Origin: Squalus acanthias
Lineage: Eukaryota
Assembly (NCBI GenBank): GCA_030390025.1
Contig: JASTWF010000364.1
Location: forward strand, 434,001-474,634
Length of the DNA stretch: 40,634 bases
Reading direction: 5' to 3'
Of this stretch, positions 31,437-40,634 are shown one piece after another. Under the pieces are notes generated by a model, which saw nothing but the letters and a program-made list of their open reading frames with translations, did no database searches and had not been told where the DNA came from. The position numbers were made by a program, and so were the translations under genes. Every line of letters starts with the position of its first letter. Position 1 is the stretch's first letter.

Positions 31437-33791
31437 ATGGAACGAATTCTAGTATTGCTCGCGGCAATCGGATGTGGATTGGCCTATCGAGGCCGCACCA
31501 AGGATGTCGTGGTGTTTGGATGCTCCGGGGACACGGCCCCCATCGCGGTGGATGGGACCGGAAGACGGGAGGCTGAGGAGACCACCACCTATTTCCACAA
31601 GGGAAGGTGGCCAGGATGGCTGGGAACGAACTCAACGGAGTATTCCAGCACATCGGGGTTTGCCTACCAAGAGACTTCTTTGATGTGCCCCAAAGTAAGG
31701 ATCATCGCACCCAGGATCAGCGTCACCGTCGGCAAACGGATTTGTTTGACTTGTAGTGGGAATGTCCCATTGAGCCGATGGTGGTGGCTGCGAAAGCTGA
31801 GCAAAACTATGAGGAACTCTTCGGTCGAGTGGGAACGACTGGGTAATAATACCCATCGGACAATTACGGGGACAAACGGACAAGTGAGAGTCTGTTGGGA
31901 CAAATGGTGGGAACCGGATGGAGGGAATTTATGTATGCATGTGGGGGTCAAAATACCCTTGCCCCAAAGGCATATCCATATTTTTCATTAATCAATGGCA
32001 GGATAACGGACAGGGGATGAGGTGGGATGCGAGCACCAGGGGGTGCGGAGCCCCATACTCTTCGATCCCGGTAAATGCCACTGAACTCATTACGCGCCCA
32101 TGCAAAGCCCCGCCCACGATTCCGGTGGTTCAAGCTGAGGAGGAAGGGTGCCCTAAAACTAGTAAGGGACCCAGGAATGGTTTGGTACTGGTCCCCACAG
32201 ACCAGATACTATTTCAGGGGGTACATTACGCGGTGGCCTCGGTGATTTTAAATCTCACCGAGGTACGGTTACCAGAGTGGTGCCCCAAAAAGACGGAACA
32301 GTTGTATCAGGTCCTGTTGACCAAGATGTTCAGACAATTTTACGAATTCGATTTCGCAGAAATTGATAAAACAAGTTTGTACACCGCACCACAGGAAGTT
32401 TTGGATCAAGTAGGGAGGCAAAGAAGGGGTGTAGTGAACGACGCGTTCACTGCTTTTAACACGGGTACATCTGTGGTCAACGCTCTAGACAGTGTGGAGC
32501 TGCAGACCCAGATTAATGGTTTAAAGACACAATTAAAAGACATTCTAACAGATGAGAATAAAGTGGTAGGGTCGGGTCTACACGAGGACCAAGCCATGAC
32601 TCTCCATTTAAAAAGGAAATTATAGCAGAGTTAGAGAAACATGCAAAAACGGTAAATGCCCTGATTAGGGAAGATCGGAATGCATCCGATCAAGCTGCGC
32701 AGAACGAGGTGTGCGTGCTTTACGGGGCGTGGTTACTGGGCGAGGGCCGCAGTAATTTGGAGGATTTAAAACAAGGTTTGGTCCCGTCCTGGATAAGTAA
32801 CAAACACCTGCGGGCGCTCCACCCTTTTCAGAACGCATTAAGTCCGTGCCAGCTCAGACTAGCTTCAGAAGCTTACCCAGTCCCCGTGGACTGCGGACGA
32901 TCAAACCATACTATCATGGGTATAGTATTACGTATGCCGGTTTTGGGCGACACAGCAAAGCTCGCCCCGGTGTATCGGGTAGAGAACATTGGTGTCATTC
33001 AGGGGGGAGCCCACATTCGCTATGCAGCGGTTCCACCTTACGTCATCCGCTGGGAGCAAACGATGACAGGTACAGATCTCTCTGGTTGTCGTGGCAGGGG
33101 AGCACACATAATACTGTGTCCCCAGCACTTGAATGCCTTTTTAACACCACAGTGCGGGTTCAGAACGGCTGGCGCCAAGTCCATGAATTGCACCATGGAG
33201 GCAATGGCACAAGATCATGTGCCTCCGCAGGTAGCATACATCGGGGGTGGAACATATTGTGTTACCACTGCAGCGCAACACTACCAGCATGGAAACCGTA
33301 GCCGGTGTCCGGTGAGTGACAGCAGTTTCTGTTTCAAACCCAGGGCGGAAGTTCAAGTAGCACAACAGCGAATTGTCCCAATCCCTGAACCATCCACTGT
33401 TCATCTAACAGTAAAAGAGAATTTCACCGACTTGCAGCGATTCGTCGCGCATTTCGGATACCTCATTCCCCCTCTCCCTAAACACCTCACCAAGCTTTTA
33501 AAAGCCGTCGCGGTGTCACAGAAACATTTTTACACATTAGAACAGAAAACCGTCGAAATAGGGACAGACATTCTGGATATAGTAGTTCCACCGTGGTGGA
33601 ATCTGTTCACCAATATTGAAGTGCCTTCATGGATCAGAATAGCCTCCCACATTTTAGTCGTATGCCAAGTTTTCATTGTAGTGTACCTATTGGTCGTACA
33701 TTGTAAAAGAGACAAACGCCTCACCAAGCATGAAAACACGGGAGAGTGGCGAGAACGTTACGTGCGCGTGCACGATGAAAGCACCGTGTAA
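31437..33791 (+). pseudogene. env: Env (about 780 aa reconstructed): signal peptide, Ig-like domain, furin site, F-like fusion subunit, TM anchor; two frameshifts
   Basis: MERILVLLAAIGCGLA signal; RQRR at 32416-32427 followed by GVVNDAFTAFNTGTSVV and heptads; Cys-rich region; TM ILVVCQVFIVVYLLVV near 33650-33700; indels at 31920-31921 and 32610-32614. Confidence 0.9.
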
Positions 33792-34229
33792 TCGGAAAAT
33801 GGCGTCACTCCCGCTCGCCACGTGCGCCGCGGAAGTTTGTACTCGATCATGATTTTCAAAGACTGTAAATACGTTGGGAACTCGACATGTTTTAAGAGTT
33901 GGTGTTGATTATTTTGGTGATGGTGTTGTAGTTAAAAATGATTGTTTGGTTTTGGGTTTTGTTTTTCCTTTCCCTGAATAAAAGATGAATATACAGGTGA
34001 TACGAGAGGCATCGGCCTGGTTACGCCGGGAAGGAAAACAAGTGGTGTAAGTTTAAGGGCAAATAATGCCTACGGTGATATAAAATGTAATTTTCTTGGG
34101 AAATAAGGACGACACAGAGACCCTAGCTAGGTTAAGTTATGGGATTAATTTTCTGGATTCGGAGAAAATCGAGATAATATTGCTCACCACAATATTTTTG
34201 ATACGATAAGTGGAGTTATTTGCATCAAC

Positions 34230-34238
34230 AGGAGGGAC
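34230..34238 (+). promoter_or_regulatory. Polypurine tract
   Basis: AGGAGGGAC immediately before the 3' LTR TG; short. Confidence 0.7.
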
Positions 34239-35589
34239 TGTAGAATTCGCAATATATCGCGATTTTATAAATAAGGAGAAAAACAGAGTTTCGATCAAAC
34301 AGCTTTTATTTCAGCAGAATGCTGTCAGGTTTTCAAAGTGGACACAAGCAGCCTGTAAAATGGCCGCCGAGCATCGTGTCAGAAGCTTCCAGAATACAGT
34401 GGGCAGACAAGATGGCGTTCGAATAAACATTTCAGTATCAGATTGGTTAATACGCAGCAAACACTGAAAGACAGGATGCAACCTGTCTGCATTCGACACA
34501 ATAGCAAAGATATAAGTGCTGGAATCATTTTCCATGCACAAGTAAGGACCATTGTAATGGGCAATCGAAGGCCCATCCAGACACAGCAATACACATATCA
34601 GTATTCGAGAAGGCCCCAAACCCAGTCAGGGAGACTCCTAGCCGGCTCGACAATGGGGAAAACATTAACGGCTACTTGGCCAGTTTAAGGTGCTACCGAA
34701 ACCCATTAAAGGAAAGAATCGCCCCATGCTGGGAGTTTTGTGCACCAGCATTTCACAAAGGACAAACATTAAGATTTGAGCGGGAGATAAGGGAACACAG
34801 CACTATAACTATAGTGAACAAATGTCCATCAAGGGCTTATTCTCTGGATTCGACTCATATCTCTGCTGACTCTTGACTCGGGCTGGACTCTTGACTGATT
34901 GATCTCGCTGATGACTGCTGAACTTTTATTCTCCTATTCTGATCCTCGGGTATTGCTCTGCTGGACGAGCAGCCTTCTGTTTTTCTCTGGACTCTGTTGA
35001 CTACGAGACGAGAAGAGGAGGAGAAGAATCCACGTACCGCCACGGTCAGTAAACCCCGACCGCGCCCGAAAATACAAGAGAGAACTGCAGCGAAACGAAC
35101 CGAGTGCCTTACTTTAAAATTCTCCGAGTTATCACGAGTGGTGAGCATGAGTCTCGATCCTACCAGTCTAGTTTAGAATAGGTATTGATAGGGGAGGGTT
35201 TAAGTTTTAAGGATAACTGTAATGTGTGCCCCCATTTATGATGTGTCATTCGTTCCTCGCTTCCCTGAAATTAGTTACATAACTGCGTGTAAGATTGTAC
35301 TGTCATTAATCTGTGCTTATGACATGTATTTCATAATCTTGAATAATATGCAATAAAGATTTCCATTTCGTACTATTCAACCGGGTCTATTTGAGTTTTT
35401 CACTGCATTACTGCTCTCGCACCTAAGTCCAGTGTTAGAACCGTAAGGGCGAGTGGGTCGAACCACTCACAGGTGTCTAGTGCTTCCAGACTGGCTGGAG
35501 ACCAGAACAGGCAACAAGGCCTAAACTCGCACTAGCATCCAGGCTGAGCACAGAGCCACACGAATCTCACAGGTTCAGAAACCCTTACA
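34239..35589 (+). repeat. 3' LTR (1351 bp)
   Basis: Direct repeat of 23417-24767, followed by TSD ACAG. Confidence 0.98.
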
Positions 35590-36010
35590 ACAGGACATTA
35601 GAGGAGATGCATGTAACAAGGGTACTACAGTAATCATGGGTGACTTTAATCTACATAGACTGGCCAAACCAAATTAGCAATAATACTGTGGAGGATGAAC
35701 TCTTGGAGTGTGTACACGATGGTATTTTAAGACCAGTACGTTGAGGAGCCAACTAGGGAACAGTCTATCCTAGTTTGGGTATTGTGCAATGAGAAGGGGT
35801 TAATTAACAATCTTGTGTGCAGGGTCCTTTAGGGAAGAGTGACCATAACATGTAAATGAAGAATGCTAAGATGGAAAGTGAAGTAGTCCAATCCGAAACT
35901 AGGGTCCTAAATCTAAACGGAAACTACGAAGGTATGAGGAGTGAGTTGGCAGTGATAGATTGGGGAGTTTCATTAAAAGGCATGATGGTGGATAGGCAAT
36001 GGCTAACTTA
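35590..36010 (+). mobile_element. CR1 LINE endonuclease C-half, right part of the provirus target
   Basis: Continues 23416: ..CNKGTTVIMGDFN.., LGKSDHNM; degraded. Confidence 0.9.
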
Positions 36011-36099
36011 AGAAAAGTATTTTGTTTTCCATACGGACCCCAGCATCTGCCACATGTGACCCCACCTCATTGTCTTTGATGTAATGTTTTCCTGACTGA

Positions 36100-36890
36100 C
36101 CTGTTTGGACACCATCCACACCTTTGATTGCCGCGATTGTCTCTCTGCCGAGGTGTGATAAAGGGCAGTTGGAAAGATTAACTGTAGTCGTCTGGCAGTG
36201 TTCTGACTATATATGCTGTGCCTATATGCATCTCTTCACTTCACCTGACGAAGGAGCAGCGCTCCAAAAGCTTGTGATTTCAAATAAAGCTGTTGGACTA
36301 TAACCTGGTGTTGTGCGACTTCACATTTGTCCACCCTAGTCCAACACCGGCATCTCCACATCATGACTACTATCGACACCACAAACTGCCGGCTCAAAGT
36401 GGAGAGGATCTCCAAGAAGATCGCGCATATCGACACAGACATCAAGTTTCTACAGAGATGCAAGAAAGCAGACAAGATCCCGAAAGGACTATAGTTCACG
36501 AACCCACTCAAGTCGACATACAACACAGACTACGCTGAGAGACTCTGCCGTCGTACCTCTCGCACACTCCTCAACCATCTCGTACACCAGCTCTACAGCA
36601 GACAGCGCAACCGTGAAACCAAGAGAGAGTCCATGTTCTCAGCCTGTGCTCAGGACACAGCAGACCAGCTACGAGACACCACCAAACAGACGAGGCAACG
36701 GAACTACGCTGCCTACACGCACACCAAGAACAGGAAGCTTGAGAAACTCGGCATCACCACCAGCAGCAACCAAGCCTCCCCCGGTACCACGGTTGCAACC
36801 ACAGGGAAGTCCATCGTCAACTTGTCCGACCACACCCTTCAACCAGACGAAATCGAAGTTCTCAGCCGAGGGCTCAATTTCTGCCCCAAA
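36100..36890 (+). mobile_element. Penelope-like element: pseudo-LTR and ORF N-terminus
   Basis: CACCTGACGAAGGAGCAGCGCTCCAAAAGCTTGTG..AATAAA pLTR motif; ORF from ATG 36363 with FLQRCKKADKIPKGL and IVNLSDHTL..EVLSRGLNFCP typical of PLE ORF N-termini; left boundary uncertain. Confidence 0.85.
36241..36277 (+). ncRNA. Degenerate minimal type I hammerhead ribozyme
   Basis: Stem I TCAC/GTGA, CTGACGA box, stem II GGAGC/GCTCC, AAAA where GAAA is expected, palindromic AAGCTT stem III. Confidence 0.7.
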
Positions 36891-38991
36891 GGAGTCGAGA
36901 CAGGAGCAGCAACAAAGTGAGCAGGGGGCCTCCACTTCTGCTGAAGCCACAGGGGAAGCACCACGTAGGAGCATGTGCAAGAGAAAGAAACTGCACAAAT
37001 AGTCACAAGGGTAGTCACTTGGATGAATTTTGATGTGTATTGTTAAAAAGCCATCAGGTCTAAAGTTTAAATAAAAACTCTGATGGCTACAGCTGCAGTT
37101 GTGGCGTCTGTCATTTCGCTAATGGGACTTCCACAATGAGGCCTTAAGATAACTTGCAATTGTCAGTATGGTCACATTGTTAGGGATACGCTGGGTCTGG
37201 GCCATTGTCGTAGCTCTGGTAAGAAGCTGCGAGGCAAAAGTGCTTTCTTGTCTAGGCTAAGCAAATCTGGCCAAGATGAGTGCGTTCCTTGCATTCCGGG
37301 CAGCTATGGTCTCGCGTAATGCTGCCGCTGGTTGATGGGCCTCTGCAAGTTGTTCGTTCTCTCCCTCCTCCTCCTCCTCCTCATCTGAGGAGGCTGTGAG
37401 GAGCCACCTGGTCCTCCGGAATCTGCAAGCCACGACGCTGTGCCATGTTGTGAAGTGCACAGCAAACCACGACGATTCTGGAGACCCTGGCTGCTGAGTA
37501 TTGCAGGGCTCCACCTGATCTATCCAGGCATCTGAACGCATCTTCAGCATACCGATGGTTTGCTCGATTATGGATCTGGTGGAAATGTGGCTGGAGTTGT
37601 AGCGCTCCTCAGCTTCGTTGGATGTGCTCCTCAACGGCGTCATTAGCCACGTCTTCAGGGGATAGCCCTTGTCTCCAAGTAGCCATCCGCGAAGTTGGTC
37701 TGGCAGACTGAATAGCGGAGGCACACTAGACTGGCGCAGTATGAAGGAGTCATGGCAACTGCCAGGGTACTTGGCACAAACATGCAGAACTTCCTTGTTG
37801 TGGTCACACACCAGCTGAACGTTGAGGGAGTGGAAGCCCTTACGGTTGACAAAAATACCTGGATTGCGATGGGGTGCATTAAGGGCCACATGTGTGCAGT
37901 CAACGACGCCCTGCACCCTTGGAAAGCCTGCCAGATTAGCTCATCCAACCGCACGTGCCGTGACACTTGCTTGATTCTTGGTGAAATGGATGTGATTGTG
38001 CGCAATGGCAAAGAGGGCATCGGTTACCTGCGTGATGCAGGTGTGTGCGGCCGCCTGGGAGATGCCACTGATGTCTGCTGATCCCTGGAATGAGCCGGAG
38101 GCAAAAAAGTTGAGTGCGGTGGTGACTTTGACGGCCACTGGTAAGGGGCGTCCACCTGGTCCTCTGGGCTCCAGGTCTTGTTGCAGCATTGCGCAGATGT
38201 CACCCACTACCTCTCGAGAAAGTCGGAGCCGCCTTTGGCACTGCTGCTCAGACATGTTGAGGTAGCTGACCCTCTGTCTGTAGACCCTGTTTGGGGGGTA
38301 TCTCCTGCGCCGACGGCCTTCCATGCGCTGGCCCCTTCTGGCCTGTGCAGCTTCAGGTGGGTGAGCAGCAGCTTGGCGCTCCTGCTGTTGTTCATGGTTC
38401 TGCTGCTGCCGCGGCTGTTGTTCCTCCTCATTGGATATCCAAGAGGGAAGGAAATAAATGGCTCCCATGCCTCTGGTATATGTCTCAGTTGAGGAAGCCC
38501 TCAATGAGGGTGGCGAGAGGGGCTTCCCAGGAGGTCACACTGCAGATGGGTGTCAGGCTCCAAACTTCCAGAGCTGTGGTTATGCCTTCTAAAAGTTCCC
38601 CCAGACCTGTTACAACAAAGTCCTGCCACCGGCAATTGATGGCGGAACAAATCTCCTATTTAAAAAGGTTGAGCTGCAGCTGAGAGTCAGCAATCCACTT
38701 GTGCTCCCGCCAGGTTTCACTGGAGTGTTTCCCATCAGGCGTACTTCACGTGGGAAAAGGGTGAAACTACCTAAAATGGTTCAAAATGGCATTACTGAGC
38801 CACTTTAGGGATTGTTAAGGGCTTTAATGGCCTCTCTGAGGCGGGACGGAGTCGGGAACCCCGCGACCCATTTTGTCAAAATTGCGTGGAGGCGTGTTGG
38901 AGTCGGGATAGGGTCGGGACCCCTGAATCTGCTACATTAACCCCACACACGCCTCCAAACCCGACTCCACGGGTCATTCAAAATCCAGCCC
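36891..38991 (-). mobile_element. PIF/Harbinger DNA transposon, one end retained
   Basis: Transposase on the minus strand; terminal GGGCTGGATTTTGAATG at 38991 abutting CR1 sequence; probable 3' end of a convergent second ORF (..PRRSMCKRKKLHK*) at 36891-37002. Confidence 0.85.
37257..38504 (-). pseudogene. Harbinger DDE transposase (HARBI1-like), frameshifted
   Basis: [67 protein letters not shown] motifs. Confidence 0.93.
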
Positions 38992-39355
38992 TTTGCTTCT
39001 GTCTTCATGGAAGAGGACAAAAATAACTTCCCAGAAATGCTAGGGAACCAAGGGTCTAGTGAGGAGGAATTAAAGGAAATTAGTATTAGTAAAAAAAAAG
39101 TGTTGGAGAAATTAATGGGGCTGAAAGCTGATAAATCCCCAGGGCCTGATAATCTGCATCCCAGAGTACAAAAAAAGGCAGCCATGGAAATAGTGGATGC
39201 ATTGGTTGTCATCTTCTAAAATTCTATAGATTATGGAACAGTTGCTGCAGATTGGAGGGTGGCAAATGTAACCCCACTATTTAAAAAAAGGAGGAAGAGA
39301 AAATAGGGAACTACAGACCGGTTAGCCTATCAGTAGTAGTGAAAATGCTAGAGTC
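38992..39355 (+). mobile_element. CR1 LINE ORF2 fragment
   Basis: [44 protein letters not shown]. Confidence 0.9.
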
Positions 39356-40325
39356 TTACAAGGTGCTTGACCTGGAGTTGCCAAGATACAGAAGAAGCTC
39401 ATCACCGCCTTCTGGGCCAAAAAGAAGCACTGGGTCTCTGCCGCGGTTCTGAGTCTCCCGCTTATGGAGGGCGGTCAGGCGCTGGTGTGCCTCCGTGCCC
39501 AGGCTGCGACTTTCCATCAATCCTGCAGAGATACCTGTCCATCGAGGATCCTTCCAGATGGTGTGCGCTGGCCACGTATTTCTTCCACCAGCTGCACGGC
39601 CTCAATTACGACACGCAGCTCCTGTTTGTGACACTGGCCGGTACCCATGCCGGCTTGTGGCAGCTGCCCGTCTACCAGGAACTGCTGTGGGTCTGGAACA
39701 CGGTCGCCTGCCGACAGAGTTCTCCCCCATCAGGAGTGGCGGCCGTCCTTTGGGAGCCGCTGCTCAGGAATCCGCACCTCCATGACCGCGGGTTCGGGTG
39801 GCTGGCGGAGGGCAGGGCTGTGTCTGGCAAGGTGACCAGAGTCGGGGACCAGCTCGATTGCAGAGGAGCGGGTTGGATGGCGCTGGCGCAGCGCCTGTCC
39901 TGGGCCAACGTCCGGCTCGCGGCCAAAGCCATCAAGTTGCTGAACGTGGCACTGGGCCCCGACTCCACTAAGTGTATCGAGGAGGCTCAAGCACATGGGG
40001 TGATCCTGTCCAAACTGACCCCCGTTTGGACGGAATTCCTCATCAGCGCGCGGCCCCGAAACCGGCGCCACACAACTTGAGCCGTCTCAGGGAAATGCCC
40101 TCCGTGCTTTTTCATTCTGCGCGGAGGGGTTTCCGATACGGGCTACTCTTGCTCACTCTCCACTTTGCCATCTTCATCTGCTGCCTGCGCACACCTTGGT
40201 GTGCCATCTTGCGAAGATGGAGGTCCCCAATGGAGGGCTCTCTCCGCAGGAGTCCTCCCTTTATCTATTGGGGACTTAGCCTGGAGGATGTTGCAGGGAG
40301 CAGTCCCGTGCAATAAGGTTTTAAG
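39356..40325 (+). mobile_element. Tx1-like ORF2 C-terminal fragment
   Basis: KIQKKLITAFW..HWVSAAVLSLPLMEGGQAL, EPLLRNP, GDLAWRMLQGAVPCN motifs of the post-RT region of L1/Tx1 elements. Confidence 0.75.
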
Positions 40326-40590
40326 GGGTAAAAATTCAGTTGGTTGCGCCTCCCGTTAGCGCCTTAAGAGGGCACAAAGCCGCTAATGCCCGGGCGCAGC
40401 GATGTTTGCGCCGCTCGAGAACTTAACTAGAGATTGTGCGGCGGCGCTAAAACTTACCGCTGCGACCACCTGCGCGCGCAGATTATGACGTCATTCCATG
40501 GTGCAACGCCCTTGGGGCGCCCCGGAGCGGAAATTGAGTGGCGCCCCCTGCCTTACCGCTTCCAACGACCGGAATGCTATCAATCGCTGT
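40325..40590. mobile_element. Possible end of a Harbinger-like non-autonomous element
   Basis: Abrupt switch to CpG-rich non-coding sequence starting GGGGTAAAAATTCAG, loosely resembling the GGGCTGGATTTT terminus at 38991; other end not in window. Confidence 0.35.

Positions 40591-40591
<1 letters not shown>

Positions 40592-40634
<43 letters not shown>
40592..40634. repeat. Poly-G run to window end
   Basis: More than 40 consecutive G. Confidence 0.9.

Larger units (their letters stand above)
23417..35589 (+). mobile_element. Full-length endogenous retrovirus-like provirus (12,173 bp; LTR-gag-pol-env-LTR), lokiretrovirus-like
   Basis: Paired LTRs, TSD ACAG (23413-23416, 35590-35593), PBS, PPT, gag/pol/env; the lokiretrovirus label is inferred from tether + RNase H and the F-like env and is not tested phylogenetically. 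Confidence 0.97.

Noticed and set aside
33792..34229. Accessory gene between env and the 3' LTR
   Set aside because: About 440 nt, AT-rich, no ORF of useful length
37257..38504. Domesticated host HARBI1 gene
   Set aside because: Frameshifted, intronless, next to a transposon terminus and embedded among other repeats

Overview
Repeat-saturated vertebrate genomic DNA with no ordinary host gene. The CR1/Tx1/Penelope/Harbinger repertoire and the style of the C2H2 zinc-finger exon suggest a cartilaginous fish (inference). The centrepiece is a young, structurally complete 12.2-kb endogenous retrovirus-like provirus (23417-35589) inserted into a CR1 LINE. It has 1351-bp near-identical LTRs, a 4-bp TSD, a perfect tRNA-Arg(UCG) PBS that overlaps the first gag ATG, a gag with overlapping PSAP/PPxY late domains, an in-frame UGA-CUAG gag-pol junction (stop readthrough), and a pol with PR-RT-tether-RNase H-IN-GPY/F plus a long repetitive tail. 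Its env is not SU/TM-like: an Ig-like domain precedes a furin site and a long, F-protein-like fusion subunit (lokiretrovirus-like). An older, fragmented relative (1913-12968) and a 1554-bp solo LTR of a third relative (2254-3807) allow internal comparison. The older copy carries an embedded host C2H2 zinc-finger exon that is duplicated nearby. The rest is nested CR1-type LINEs, small solo LTRs, Tx1-like fragments, a Penelope element with a degenerate hammerhead ribozyme, and a Harbinger transposon.
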